A stretch of DNA of 63,800 bases, filler included, from Actinobacteria bacterium UBA7524 (GCA_002478275.1; 5 parts of 4 records of this genome joined end to end with filler, not necessarily neighbours in it); one strand, 5' to 3'; positions 18,786 through 29,919 are shown, numbered from the whole stretch's first letter. Notes: generated by a model not told the origin, from the sequence alone. Translations and numbers: made by a program.

Positions 18786-20249
18786 TCAGACGCGGCCGCG
18801 AGGGAGCTTGATGGTGAACACCGAACCCACTCCCACAGTGCTCTCGACCTCGATGCTTCCTCCGGCAGCATCGATGATCGCGCGGGCAATCGGAAGCCCC
18901 AGCCCGAAGCCGGTCTTCTCCGACCGCGAGATGTCAGAACGGTAGAATCGCTCGAAGATACTCTGTATGTCCTGTTGCGGGATTCCCTCACCGGTATCTG
19001 CGACCTCGATCATCACCATGTCGCGGCGACGGCGCGTCTTGAGCGACACCATTCCGGCACGGGTGTATTTCGCCGCATTGTCGACGAGTATCGCCACCGC
19101 GTCCTCGATGCGATCAGGGTCTCCGACCATGATGAGCTGACCTTCGTCAGGACCGACGAACTCCAGCCCCTTGGACATGTAACGAGTCGCTGCGGCGGCC
19201 AGCGTCTGCCGACACCTGGCATTCAAATCGAACCTCACGTTGGTGAAGGTCAGTGCGCGCTCGTCGCGTACAAGGGCGAGCAGATCGCTGCATAGGCGCG
19301 CCATCCTGCGCGATTCCCGGTCAATCGCGTCGATGGCCTCATTCCTGACCTCCTGATCGTCAGCGCCCCATGCGCGCAAGATGTTGGTGTACCCCCGGAT
19401 ACCCGCGACCGGTGTGGCAAGCTCGTGGGAAGCATCGGCGATGAAACGCGTCTGCGCCTCGGACTTCCGGCGCAAGCGGTCGATCAACCCGTTGAGGGCA
19501 CGGGCGAGGTCCCCGATCTCATGCTCGGCCTCGTCAGGCAGGTGGACGTTGAGTTGGCCGGCATCGACGGACTCCGCTGCGCGACGCAGGTCGTCGATGA
19601 GCTTCAGTACCCAACCCATGCTCGCCTGCATCATGATGACCATGATCGACATCGCTGAGACCGCAAGCACGGTCATGGGCGTGCGAATCGCGTCAATGAC
19701 CTGCTCCTCGCGCTCCGGGACGTACGTCACGTCCATCACGCCGACCTCACCCGCCGGTAGCCCGACGTGCAGGTGGACGATCTGCATCGGCAGAACCGCA
19801 GGTCCCAGCAGCCCTCGCAGGGGATTGACGTCTTCGCGCGACACCCTCACGACTTCATTCTGGTGCAGGGCCTGCTCCCTGCCGGGAACCGCGCCCTCAA
19901 CAAGCGCCTCCTCGGAACTCGCCCATACGAGTTCAAGCTCGCTGTCGTATATGGCCAGCTGCGGCTCGGACGACGTGCGTCCGGTATAGATGAGGTCGAG
20001 ACGGCCCGCGATCTCCGAAAGAGCCGACGAGCCGGACGCGTCCTCTCCGAGCTCGCCTTCCACCGCACGAACCTGAAGTTCGACGATGTTCTGTGAGACT
20101 CCGACGAACTGGTCGACGCGCTCTCGCGCTACGGAGACCATGCCGTCGGAGACCACGATGTAGGTCGTCAGTGAGATGCCGCCCACGGTCAGTACCGCGA
20201 ACAGCACCGACACGAGCAGCAGCCACGTCCTCAGAGAGGAGCGGCGCAC
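18786..20249 (-). CDS. HAMP sensor histidine kinase
   Basis: Two TM helices, HAMP, ASHELATP H-box, DNAAKY, DTGEGI, GFGLGL. Confidence 0.93.
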   Translation of the reverse strand: MRRSSLRTWLLLVSVLFAVLTVGGISLTTYIVVSDGMVSVARERVDQFVGVSQNIVELQVRAVEGELGEDASGSSALSEIAGRLDLIYTGRTSSEPQLAIYDSELELVWASSEEALVEGAVPGREQALHQNEVVRVSREDVNPLRGLLGPAVLPMQIVHLHVGLPAGEVGVMDVTYVPEREEQVIDAIRTPMTVLAVSAMSIMVIMMQASMGWVLKLIDDLRRAAESVDAGQLNVHLPDEAEHEIGDLARALNGLIDRLRRKSEAQTRFIADASHELATPVAGIRGYTNILRAWGADDQEVRNEAIDAIDRESRRMARLCSDLLALVRDERALTFTNVRFDLNARCRQTLAAAATRYMSKGLEFVGPDEGQLIMVGDPDRIEDAVAILVDNAAKYTRAGMVSLKTRRRRDMVMIEVADTGEGIPQQDIQSIFERFYRSDISRSEKTGFGLGLPIARAIIDAAGGSIEVESTVGVGSVFTIKLPRGRV

Positions 20250-20253
20250 GCTA

Positions 20254-20934
20254 TCAGCCCCTCGCGAAGAAGTACCCGACGCCCCGGATCGTCTGGATGA
20301 TGGTGTTGTCCTTGTCGCCTATCTTGTTGCGAAGGTGGCAGACGAACACCTCGATCACGTTACTGTCGGTGGCGTGTTGGCCACCCCAGACGGCCTTGAG
20401 TATCTCGTCACGCGAGATGACCCTACCCGAATTCGCGACGAGGTAGCTCAGCAGATCGTACTCCTTGGCGGTCAGCTCGAGCGGTTGCCCGTCTGCGGTC
20501 GCGCGCCGGGAATCGGGGTCGAGCACGATCCCCGAGGCTTCATACTGACTGGTCCCCCGGGACTGGTCCACCCGTTTGAGCAGAGCCCTGACCCGGGAAA
20601 GCAGCTCGGGGATCTCGAACGGTTTGCGCAAATAGTCATCAGCACCGGCCTCGAAACCGGATACTAAGTCATGCGTCTCAGCGCGGGCGGTCAGCATGAG
20701 GATGGGAACGTGGCTTCCGTTCTCCCGCAACCTCTCCGCGACCTCCATACCCGTGATCTTGGGCAGCATCAGATCGAGGATGATCAGGTCCGGCTCCTTC
20801 TCTTCCACTGCAGCGAGCGCCGACTCTCCATCCGCAACCTTCTTCACGGAGTAGCCAGCATGGGCCAGCTCGAGTTCGACGAAGCGAGCGATCGTCGCGT
20901 CATCTTCCACGATGAGTATGTCTGCTTTGCTCAT
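20254..20934 (-). CDS. OmpR-family response regulator
   Basis: ILIVEDD, LDLMLP, LMLTAR, GADDYLRKPF, IQTIRGVGY. Confidence 0.95.
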   Translation of the reverse strand: MSKADILIVEDDATIARFVELELAHAGYSVKKVADGESALAAVEEKEPDLIILDLMLPKITGMEVAERLRENGSHVPILMLTARAETHDLVSGFEAGADDYLRKPFEIPELLSRVRALLKRVDQSRGTSQYEASGIVLDPDSRRATADGQPLELTAKEYDLLSYLVANSGRVISRDEILKAVWGGQHATDSNVIEVFVCHLRNKIGDKDNTIIQTIRGVGYFFARG

Positions 20935-21016
20935 GCATTCCTCCACAGCCGGTCGCCACCCGGTTCGTCCCTTGATGAAAGCATACCGCACGAAAGCCGT
21001 TTGGGGGTGTCTTTGG

Positions 21017-22589
21017 TCAGCCGAGAAGCATCTCGGCGATCTGCACCGCATTCAATGCCGCGCCCTTGCGAAGCTGGTCCGCCACAACCCACATCGATAT
21101 CCCGTGCGGCACCGTGGCGTCTACGCGCACTCTTCCCACGTAGGTGTCGTCGGTGCCCTCCAGCATCGCCGGCATCGGGTATTGCGCCTGACTCGGATCG
21201 TCCAGCAACCGGATCCCCGGTGCCTGGCGCAGGGCCTCCACCGCGTCATCGACCTTCACTGCCGAGGAGAACTCGACGTCGATCGCCTCGCTATGGCACC
21301 TGAGCACCGGCACACGCACACACGTCGCGTGCACGGCAAGGTCGGGCGCGTGCATGATCTTCTTGGTTTCGACCACCATCTTCCATTCCTCTTTCGTCGA
21401 ACCGTCTTCGNNNNNNNNNNNNNNNNNNNNNNNNNNNNNNNNNNNNNNNNNNNNNNNNNNNNNNNNNNNNNNNNNNNNNNNNNNNNNNNNNNNNNNNNNN
21501 NNNNNNNNNNNNNNNNNNNNNNNNNNNNNNNNNNNNNNNNNNNNNNNNNNNNNNNNNNNNNNNNNNNNNNNNNNNNNNNNNNNNNNNNNNNNNNNNNNNN
21601 NNNNNNNNNNATATGGGGAATGCAGTTGAAGGCTATGCGATGTGCGAACTCGGAGACTGTGAGCTCTTCGCCATCCAGGAACTGCTTGGACTGCGCGTAC
21701 AGCTCGTCCATGGCAGCCTGCCCGGCGCCGCTCGCAGCCTGGTAGGTCGCCACCACCACTCTCCTGATCGGTGCGAGGTCGTGCAGCGGTTTGAGCGCGA
21801 CCACCATCTGGATCGTCGAGNNNNNNNNNNNNNNNNNNNNNNNNNNNNNNNNNNNNNNNNNNNNNNNNNNNNNNNNNNNNNNNNNNNNNNNNNNNNNNNN
21901 NNNNNNNNNNNNNNNNNNNNNNNNNNNNNNNNNNNNNNNNNNNNNNNNNNNNNNNNNNNNNNNNNNNNNNNNNNNNNNNNNNNNNNNNNNNNNNNACCAT
22001 CTGGATCGTCGAGCAATTCGGGTTCGCGATCACTCCCTGGTGAGCGAGTATGTCTTGCGGATTGACCTCGGGCACCACGAGAGGAACGTCGTCTTCCATG
22101 CGAAAGGCCGAGGAATTATCGATCATCACCGCACCTGCGGACACGACCTGATCGCGGAACTGCTTGCTTATCGACGCCCCCGCGCTGAACAACGCGATAT
22201 CCACNNNNNNNNNNNNNNNNNNNNNNNNNNNNNNNNNNNNNNNNNNNNNNNNNNNNNNNNNNNNNNNNNNNNNNNNNNNNNNNNNNNNNNNNNNNNNNNN
22301 NNNNNNNNNNNNNNNNNNNNNNNNNNNNNNNNNNNNNNNNNNNNNNNNNNNNNNNNNAGAACAACGCGATATCCACATCGGCGAAGCTCTCGGGCCGCAT
22401 CTCCTCGACCACCAATTCCGACTCGCCGAACGGCAAGCGTCTTCCTGCCGAACGCGATGAAGCCAGCGCCCTGACTTCGGATGCGGGGAATCCACGCTGA
22501 TCCAGAACGGCGAGCATCTCGGCTCCGACCGCCCCGGTGGCACCGGCCACGGCGACCACTGGTCGCTCGGGCATCTTACTCCACCCCAT
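21017..22589 (-). CDS. asd: Aspartate-semialdehyde dehydrogenase (interrupted by assembly gaps)
   Basis: [54 protein letters not shown]. Confidence 0.95.
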
Positions 22590-22590
22590 C

Positions 22591-24012
22591 CTACTCACCA
22601 CCGGAACCGGCGGGAGCGGACACCGCCGCTACCTGATCGCCAGCCAGTCCGAAACCCTCGTGCAGCGCGCGCACCGCGGTTTCGACCTGATCGAGCGCGA
22701 TGACGCACGAGATCCTGATCGAAGACGTGGAGATCATATCGATGTTGACGCCCGCCCCGGCAAGCGTCGTGAACATCTTGGCTGCAACTCCCGGATGCGT
22801 CTTCATACCGGCGCCCACCAGCGAGACCTTGGCGATATGCTCGTCGACCAGCCACGTCCTCGCGCCCAACCGGTCGGCTACCTCCTGCGTGGCCCGCCGT
22901 GCACGAGCCAGGTCCTCACTCGGCACCGTGAAGGAGATGTCGNNNNNNNNNNNNNNNNNNNNNNNNNNNNNNNNNNNNNNNNNNNNNNNNNNNNNNNNNN
23001 NNNNNNNNNNNNNNNNNNNNNNNNNNNNNNNNNNNNNNNNNNNNNNNNNNNNNNNNNNNNNNNNNNNNNNNNNNNNNNNNNNNNNNNNNNNNNNNNNNNN
23101 NNNNNNNNNNNNNNNNTCCGAGACGTTCTGGATGATCATATCGACGTTCACGTTCTCCTCGGCAAGACGCGCGAACACCGTTGCGGCCACGCCCGGCGTG
23201 TCAGGCACATCACGCACCGTCACTTTGGCCTCGGTGACATCGTGAGTGACGCCTGAGATCATCGCCTGCTCCATGGACTCATCGCCCTCCTTGACGATCG
23301 TGCCCTGTTTGTCATTGAAACTCGAACGGCAGTGAAGCACCACGCCGTGATTGCGTGCGAACTCGACGCTTCGGACCTGAAGGATACGTGCGCCTGTCGA
23401 AGCCATCTCAAGCATCTCCTCGTACGAGATGACATCGATCTTGCGCGCATCACGGACGATGCGCGGATCTGCGGTGTAGACACCGTCCACGTCGGTGAAT
23501 ATCTCGCAGACATCTGCCTGGATACCCGCAGCGATGGCAACGGCGGTCGTATCGGAGCCACCTCGCCCCAGCGTGGTGATCTGGCCATCGATGGTCACGC
23601 CCTGGAAGCCAGCGACGATGACGATCCGGCCTTCATCCAGGGCCTGGATGACCCTCTCGGCGCGCACCTCCTGGATTCTGGCCTTGGTGTGTCCCGCATC
23701 GGTGAGGATGCCGACCTGGTGGCCCGTGAACGAGATGGCCTCATGCCCAAGTTCGTGCACGGCCATGGCGAGCAGCGCGATTGTGACCTGCTCACCCGTG
23801 GCGAGCAGCATGTCCATCTCACGCTCGGTCGGGTCCGAGGAGACCTCGGCGGCAAGCGCCAGTAGCTCGTCGGTCACATCACCCATGGCGGACACGACGG
23901 CAACGACCTGGTCGCCCGAATCCCTGCGTGCGACCAAGCGCTTCGCCACGGCCATGATGCGTTCGGGGTTCCCAACCGAAGTCCCGCCGAACTTGGTGAC
24001 GACGAGCGCCAT
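22591..24012 (-). CDS. lysC: Aspartate kinase (assembly gap inside)
   Basis: VTKFGGTSV, TTLGRGGSDTTA, DVDGVYTADP, two ACT domains. Confidence 0.95.
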   Translation of the reverse strand: MALVVTKFGGTSVGNPERIMAVAKRLVARRDSGDQVVAVVSAMGDVTDELLALAAEVSSDPTEREMDMLLATGEQVTIALLAMAVHELGHEAISFTGHQVGILTDAGHTKARIQEVRAERVIQALDEGRIVIVAGFQGVTIDGQITTLGRGGSDTTAVAIAAGIQADVCEIFTDVDGVYTADPRIVRDARKIDVISYEEMLEMASTGARILQVRSVEFARNHGVVLHCRSSFNDKQGTIVKEGDESMEQAMISGVTHDVTEAKVTVRDVPDTPGVAATVFARLAEENVNVDMIIQNVSXXXXXXXXXXXXXXXXXXXXXXXXXXXXXXXXXXXXXXXXXXXXXXXXXXXXXXXXXXXDISFTVPSEDLARARRATQEVADRLGARTWLVDEHIAKVSLVGAGMKTHPGVAAKMFTTLAGAGVNIDMISTSSIRISCVIALDQVETAVRALHEGFGLAGDQVAAVSAPAGSGGE

Positions 24013-24105
24013 CGTATCCCTCCATCCGATCGACCCGGGACCGCTCGGCCGCCAAGCCTGAGCGCGTGCGCCATAGTTTAACACCGTCAACTGTCTTGAG
24101 CTCCA

Positions 24106-26682
24106 CTACCTGCGACAGAAGCCCAGTGCTTCGGCCATGCCCTGCATACGGGTGGAGAGCCCGGCAAGAGCATCGGCGTAGAAGTGGTCGACGAGCGACG
24201 CACCCGATGCCTCGCTCATGGCCCGATCGACATGATGCAGAATGGCCCGCATCTCGTCATCGGTACACTCGCCTGGTCCATTGGCGACCAGCGACACCTT
24301 CCCCTGGGCGACTCGAACCGGCAGGCCATCGGCCACGAATCTCTGATTCAGCTCCTCTTCCACGTTGGATGCGAGGCGCGGACCGGAAAGTCTGCGGAAG
24401 CTCGTGATCATCCCCTCGATCAGCGCAACGAAGATCGCTTGAGCCTCCTCCTCGCACGGAGACTCCTGATCGATCGCACCCGGTATCCCCGTGGAGTCCG
24501 TCTCCGCGAGCGCCTCGACGAACGCTTCCACGACTCGAGGATCGAAATGCGATCCCGCACAGGCATGAAGCTCGTTGACAGCCCCCTCGATGGTCCGGCC
24601 TGCGCGGTAAGGCCTGTCCGACACCATGGCCTCGAAGGCATCTGCGGCGGTGAGTATCCGGGCAAGCAACGGGATCTCCTCGCCCCGCAACCCTGCTGGA
24701 TAACCTCGTCCGTCCCATCGCTCATGATGATGACGTACGACCGGTGTGATGAGCCAAGGAAACCCGACGGGCTTGAGTATGTTTGCGCCGATCAGAGGAT
24801 GGTGGCGCATCTGGCCCATCTCCTCGTCGGACAGCTTGCCGGGTTTGAGCAGGATCTCCTCCTTGATCCCGATCTTGCCGATGTCGTGAAGGTAGGCCGC
24901 CATCTCCAAAGCCGTGCGCTGGTCCTGCGATAGGCCCATCTTCTCTGCGATCATCACGGCGTAGATGGCCACCCGCTCCGAATGACCTCTCGTGTACGGG
25001 TCCTTCGCGTCGACAGCAGCCGCCAGGGAGCGAACGGTGGCCAGGTAGGCCTCCTGAAGGCTTGAGAACAGATCTATGTTACCTATGGCGATAGTCACAT
25101 GGTTCGCGATCGTCGAGAGCAGGCGAACGTCATCACCAGTGAAGCGGACCTTGTGGTTCGTCGAGCCCACGGTGACGGCTCCAAGCACCCCTTCGGCTGA
25201 GACGAGGGGTACACACAGCGCAGCCGGAGCCCCGGTCAGGGCGTCGACCTGATCGGCAACCTGGCTACTCGATGGGTTGAAGATCAGGGGGCGACCCTCT
25301 CGGATCACCCATTCCGCCATCGAAGATCGCAGACCCTCGCTGTCGGGGCGCGGAGCGTCGCCGGCCCTCCAGGCACGCAACTCGAGCCGGCCCGTGTCCT
25401 TGTCCTGCACGGTCACATAACCGAGGTCGACGCCGAAGATCCGCAAGACCGAGTCGAGGACTGACTCGAGGAGCACGTCCATCTCCAGCGTCGAGCCCAG
25501 AGCACGACTCATCTCGTAGAGCGTCGCCAACTCCAAGACCTTCTTGGTCAATGTCTCGCTGCGCTCGCTCAGGGACTCGGTCATCCCATTGAAGGTCTTG
25601 GTGAGTTCAGCGATCTCGCTGGCGCCCTTCACAGGTATCCGGATACTGAAGTCCCCATCAGCGATCCTCTGTGCTCCGGTACTCAGCTCTTCCAATGGTG
25701 CCGAGACCCTGAAGGCCACCCAGAACCCAAGGCCCGCCAGGATGAGCACTCCAACGAGAGAACCCGCTGTGACTATCTCCATCGCCGTCAGTCGCGCCCT
25801 GTCGCTCGCGACCTGTGAGACGAGCGTGACCAGATAGCCCTCGCTGCGCCCAGCGTCCCCGCCCAGTGTCAGCCTGTCCGCTGCCACGCGATAGTTGATA
25901 TTGCCCGAAGTCAGAGTAGCCCAGCCCGGACCATCCGAGATCCCACTCAAGGCGGCTACCACCTCCGGTGACCTACGCTCGAGCGCCCTGCCAAGCGGGA
26001 CGGAGGACTCCGACCGTCCCCCACCGTCATGCTCACGAGTATCCTCGACTTCAGCCTTCGCGATGAGGACACGATCGGCATCGTATACGGCGAACGCATC
26101 CCCGCTCGCTCCAGTGGCCAGAGATTCGAGCATCTCGTTGTCGATCACTCGCGCCAGGCGCAGAAGGTAGACGACTCCATCGACCTCCAGGGCCCTCGTC
26201 ACCGATAGGGCGAGGCGTCCATCCACCGTGGGCAGAACGGAGCGCCACGCTGTGGGCTTGGTCCCGATCACCTGTGCCCCGCCGGCCCTGTAGTCATCGA
26301 TCGCCTCGATGGGAAGGCCCTCCGACACGAAGACAGTCCCGTCGTCGCGCAGGATCTCGATCCGGTCCAGCCCGGTCGCGACCGTCGCCTGGGACAGAAC
26401 ACCGGAAGCCAGACTCTTGTCCAGAGTCCTCAATGAGTCCGTCACGCGAGGATCATCTACGATGAGATCGGTCGTACGCATCATGTCCTGTGCGCTGGCC
26501 GCGAAGCGTGACTGGGTGTACTCCAGGGCAGTCTGCGCGTGCTGGTCCACCCAGCCGCGGGTCAACGCGGAGATGAAGTAGACGGCGACCAGGTTCGCCG
26601 AAAACCCCACCACGACGATGGCGATGAGCATGGGCCACACGATCTGACCATACAGACGCCTGCCGAACACATGGCGGAGCAT
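24106..26682 (-). CDS. Membrane sensor-HAMP-GAF-HD-GYP phosphodiesterase
   Basis: TM-sensor-TM, HAMP, GAF, DAKDPYTRGHSERV, HDIGK, HHERWDGRGYP. Confidence 0.9.
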   Translation of the reverse strand: MLRHVFGRRLYGQIVWPMLIAIVVVGFSANLVAVYFISALTRGWVDQHAQTALEYTQSRFAASAQDMMRTTDLIVDDPRVTDSLRTLDKSLASGVLSQATVATGLDRIEILRDDGTVFVSEGLPIEAIDDYRAGGAQVIGTKPTAWRSVLPTVDGRLALSVTRALEVDGVVYLLRLARVIDNEMLESLATGASGDAFAVYDADRVLIAKAEVEDTREHDGGGRSESSVPLGRALERRSPEVVAALSGISDGPGWATLTSGNINYRVAADRLTLGGDAGRSEGYLVTLVSQVASDRARLTAMEIVTAGSLVGVLILAGLGFWVAFRVSAPLEELSTGAQRIADGDFSIRIPVKGASEIAELTKTFNGMTESLSERSETLTKKVLELATLYEMSRALGSTLEMDVLLESVLDSVLRIFGVDLGYVTVQDKDTGRLELRAWRAGDAPRPDSEGLRSSMAEWVIREGRPLIFNPSSSQVADQVDALTGAPAALCVPLVSAEGVLGAVTVGSTNHKVRFTGDDVRLLSTIANHVTIAIGNIDLFSSLQEAYLATVRSLAAAVDAKDPYTRGHSERVAIYAVMIAEKMGLSQDQRTALEMAAYLHDIGKIGIKEEILLKPGKLSDEEMGQMRHHPLIGANILKPVGFPWLITPVVRHHHERWDGRGYPAGLRGEEIPLLARILTAADAFEAMVSDRPYRAGRTIEGAVNELHACAGSHFDPRVVEAFVEALAETDSTGIPGAIDQESPCEEEAQAIFVALIEGMITSFRRLSGPRLASNVEEELNQRFVADGLPVRVAQGKVSLVANGPGECTDDEMRAILHHVDRAMSEASGASLVDHFYADALAGLSTRMQGMAEALGFCRR

Positions 26683-26806
26683 CTACTCACCCGTTCCAGT
26701 AATCAAGCTCTCCGACGTAACCGCCGCTCTGCGCCTTGGTCTGCCCCAAGGTCTCGAGACCGTCGCGACAAGCCCGATTCTAACATCGGAGCAGTCCCGA
26801 GATGAC

Positions 26807-26842
26807 AAAACGGACCCCGGAGCACATTCGCTCCGGGGTCCG
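26807..26842 (-). terminator. Intrinsic terminator of the por operon
   Basis: Perfect 13-bp stem CGGACCCCGGAGC / GCTCCGGGGTCCG, followed on the minus strand by TTTTG. Confidence 0.8.
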
Positions 26843-26868
26843 GTGATGATGCTACAGCCTACGGGGCG

Positions 26869-27816
26869 TCACTTCTCGCCGCAGCGCCCCAAGACATACT
26901 CCCAATACGCATCGACGTCGTCCTGTATCTCGGCAAGAAGTTCTGCGTTGTCTTCGCTGAGCAGGTGCTTGAATCGTCCCTGCACCTTGAAGAACTCCTC
27001 GACCGGCTTACGCCCCGTCTTGATCAGTGCTTTGCTCGGGTTGGAGAGCTTCCACTGGCCGTCCTCGACCTCGAACAGCGGCCAGTAACCGGTCTGAACG
27101 GCCAGCTTGGCATGCTCGACGGACTTGTTGTACGCGCTGCGCCAACCACGGGGGCAGGTAGCGAGCACGTTGATGAAAGCAGGACCCTCGACCGCGAACG
27201 CCTTCTCGGCCTTGTCAGTCAGGTCCTTCCAGTGGCTGATGGATGCCTGTGCAGCGTAGGGCACACCATGTGCCGCGATGATCGATGTGAGGTCCTTGCG
27301 CTTCTGGATCTTGCCCTGCTGCGCCTTGCCGACCTCCGCGGTAGTGGCCCAGGCGCCCTTCGGGGTCGCCGAGGAGCGCTGGATACCGGTGTTCATGTAC
27401 GCCCCGTTGTCGTAGCAGACGTAGACCATGTCGTGCCCGCGCTCCATGGCGCCGGAAAGCGACTGCAGGCCGATGTCGTACGTGCCGCCATCGCCGCCGA
27501 ACGCCACGAACTTCATCTTCTTGTCGGCAGGTATCTTGCCGGCGGCCTTAAGACCATTGAACGCAGCCTCAACACCGGAGATAGTGGCGGCCGAGTTCTC
27601 GAACGCGTTGTGGATGAACGACGTCTTCCACGACGAGTACGGATAGATGGTCGTCGAGACCTCCAGGCATCCCGTGGCACACCCTGCCACCACCGGATCG
27701 ACGCCGGCACCCAGGAGTATCTGGCGCACGGCGATGGAAGCGCCGCATCCGGCGCACAAGCGGTGACCGCCCTCAAGACGGTCCTCGCGGTGACTCAGTT
27801 CACGAAGCGTTGCCAT
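26869..27816 (-). CDS. porB: Pyruvate:ferredoxin oxidoreductase beta subunit
   Basis: GHRLCAGCG, GGDGGTYDIG, DNGAYMNTGIQRS. Confidence 0.93.
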   Translation of the reverse strand: MATLRELSHREDRLEGGHRLCAGCGASIAVRQILLGAGVDPVVAGCATGCLEVSTTIYPYSSWKTSFIHNAFENSAATISGVEAAFNGLKAAGKIPADKKMKFVAFGGDGGTYDIGLQSLSGAMERGHDMVYVCYDNGAYMNTGIQRSSATPKGAWATTAEVGKAQQGKIQKRKDLTSIIAAHGVPYAAQASISHWKDLTDKAEKAFAVEGPAFINVLATCPRGWRSAYNKSVEHAKLAVQTGYWPLFEVEDGQWKLSNPSKALIKTGRKPVEEFFKVQGRFKHLLSEDNAELLAEIQDDVDAYWEYVLGRCGEK

Positions 27817-27828
27817 GTGACCTCCCTC

Positions 27829-29016
27829 CTACCGTGATCCGAGGTAACGGAGCCCGGCGCTCTGAGCTGCACCGGACGCGATGTCGGACAGGTCTGTGTA
27901 CACCTGATGCATGAGCTCAAGCTGCACGTCGCTGCCGCCCAGCCCGTAGATGTAGTTGACGACGGGGACGCGAGCTTCCAGATCGTACAGGGCGCTTCGG
28001 ACCTCAAGGTACAGTGGTCCGCCCTCGGCACCGAAAGACTCGGAGCGATCCAGGACCGCCACCGCTTTCATGCCCTTGAGCGCCTCCGCGATCTCGCGGG
28101 CAGGGAAAGGCCTGAAGCAGCGAACCTTGACGACGCCGGCCTTGATGCCTTCGGTCCTCATCTGCTTGGCCACATACCTTGCGTTACCCGCCGAGGAGCC
28201 GATGACGACGATCGCCACGTCGGCATCGTCCATCATGTCCGTCTCGACAAGTCCGAACGGACGCCCGGAGATCTCGGCGAACTCGGCGCCAACGCGCTCT
28301 ACGACCGCCTTGGAGCGGTCGATCGCGTTTCGTTGCGACCTCTTGAACTCGAAGTACGGTCCACCGAGACCGGCGAAGTTGCCGTGGCTTACCGGGTTCT
28401 CGTCGTCGAGCAGCGGGCTATCCGGCTCGTACTGACCGACGAAGCCCTTCACGGTCTCGTCATCGAGCAGATCGACCCTGTCGATGGAGTGAGTCGTGAT
28501 GAAACCGTCCAAGCAGGTCATCGCAGGCAGGAGGACCTCGGAATCCTCGGCGACCTTGAGCGAGATCAGCGTGTTGTCGTACGCCTCCTGTGCGGTTTCG
28601 GCGAACAGGATGATCCAACCCGCATCCCGCGCACCCATGATGTCGCTATGATCGCAGTGGATGTTGATCGGGGCGGAGAGTGCGCGGTTCGCGTTGGCCA
28701 TGACGATCGGCAGACGCATGCCCGAAGCGATATAGAGCTCCTCCCACATCAGAGCCAGGCCCTGTGCAGAGGTCGCCGTCATCACCCTGGCACCTGCGGC
28801 CGATGCACCGATGCACGCACTCATCGCGGAATGCTCGGATTCCACGGTGACGTACTCGGTGTGCACCCGGCCCTGCGCGACGAACTTAGCGAACTCCTCG
28901 ACCATGGTCGTTTGTGGCGTGATCGGATACGCAGCCACGACGTCGGGGGCGCACTGGCGCATGGCTTCGGCAACTACGAGGTTGCCCGTGGTGGCTAGTG
29001 TCTTGTGCTCTGGCAT
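27829..29016 (-). CDS. porA: Pyruvate:ferredoxin oxidoreductase alpha subunit
   Basis: AAYPITPQT, VESEHSAMS, NRALSAPINIHCDH. Confidence 0.93.
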   Translation of the reverse strand: MPEHKTLATTGNLVVAEAMRQCAPDVVAAYPITPQTTMVEEFAKFVAQGRVHTEYVTVESEHSAMSACIGASAAGARVMTATSAQGLALMWEELYIASGMRLPIVMANANRALSAPINIHCDHSDIMGARDAGWIILFAETAQEAYDNTLISLKVAEDSEVLLPAMTCLDGFITTHSIDRVDLLDDETVKGFVGQYEPDSPLLDDENPVSHGNFAGLGGPYFEFKRSQRNAIDRSKAVVERVGAEFAEISGRPFGLVETDMMDDADVAIVVIGSSAGNARYVAKQMRTEGIKAGVVKVRCFRPFPAREIAEALKGMKAVAVLDRSESFGAEGGPLYLEVRSALYDLEARVPVVNYIYGLGGSDVQLELMHQVYTDLSDIASGAAQSAGLRYLGSR

Positions 29017-29020
29017 AGCG

Positions 29021-29347
29021 CTACTTCACCTCCGAGATGTCGCAGCCTTCAGGAACCATGGTGATGGCCTCGACCGGGCATTCGTTGGCGCAGATGCCAC
29101 AGCCCTTGCAGTGATCCAGGTTGACCCATTCATCAGCCAGTTTCTCGTCCTGGACGGCAATCGCCGAGTCCGGGCAGAATATCCAGCAGATAAGGCAGTT
29201 GGTGCAGGTCTCGACGTTGCGCCACGGCCTGTCGCTACGCCAGCCGCCAGTGACGTAGTCGCACGAATTGCCCGCCTGCGGGATCATCGCGCCACGAGGG
29301 AACTCCTCGGCCTTCCAGGTGTTCATCTTCGAGATGTCCCATCTCAT
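29021..29347 (-). CDS. porD: Pyruvate:ferredoxin oxidoreductase delta subunit (2x4Fe-4S)
   Basis: TGGWRS, CTNCLICWIFCP, CKGCGICANECP. Confidence 0.92.
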   Translation of the reverse strand: MRWDISKMNTWKAEEFPRGAMIPQAGNSCDYVTGGWRSDRPWRNVETCTNCLICWIFCPDSAIAVQDEKLADEWVNLDHCKGCGICANECPVEAITMVPEGCDISEVK

Positions 29348-29919
29348 CCTACGGTCACCTCCTGAAACGCCCTGTCGACCGAGGCGAAGTTCGCATCGAT
29401 CATCTCCTGGCCGAACTTCTTACCGAGGTTCTTGGCGAGGAGGTCCTTGAACACTTCGATGTCGATGACGTCGGTGGTCTTGATGAGCGCACCGACCATC
29501 GGCGTATTGGGGATGTCACGCTTGATGGTATCCAGCGCGATGCCCGACGCGTCGACGCATGCGACGCGCACGCCATCGCCGACCTTCAACGCCGCACGCA
29601 CCTGATCGGGAGGCGTGCAGGTGTTGATGATGATGACGCCATCGTCCACAAGCCCTTCGGCGACGTCGACCACATCGATCAGCGAGTCGTCGAGCACTAC
29701 CACGACATTCGGGTTCTCGATGTTGCAGTGGATCTCGATCGGTTCGGCGCTGATGCGCGTGAACGCCTTGATCGGCGCGCCCATCCGCTCGGGACCGTAC
29801 TCCGGCATCGCCTGCATGTACTGATCGGCCGCCAACGCGGTCTCGGCCACGACCTTCGCCGCGGTGACCGCGCCCTGGCCGGCACGCGCATGCCAACGGA
29901 TCTCCGTCAGCTGCTGCAT
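29344..29919 (-). CDS. porC: Pyruvate:ferredoxin oxidoreductase gamma subunit
   Basis: EIRWHARAGQGAVTA, YGPERMGAP, PNTPMVGA. Confidence 0.9.
   Translation of the reverse strand: MQQLTEIRWHARAGQGAVTAAKVVAETALAADQYMQAMPEYGPERMGAPIKAFTRISAEPIEIHCNIENPNVVVVLDDSLIDVVDVAEGLVDDGVIIINTCTPPDQVRAALKVGDGVRVACVDASGIALDTIKRDIPNTPMVGALIKTTDVIDIEVFKDLLAKNLGKKFGQEMIDANFASVDRAFQEVTVG

Noticed and set aside
21803..22013. Apparent duplications and frameshifts around N-gaps in asd (also lysC, typA, mgtA)
   Set aside because: The same short sequence flanks both sides of the gaps (e.g. ACCATCTGGATCGTCGAG), which indicates scaffolding overlap rather than introns, inteins or pseudogenes.
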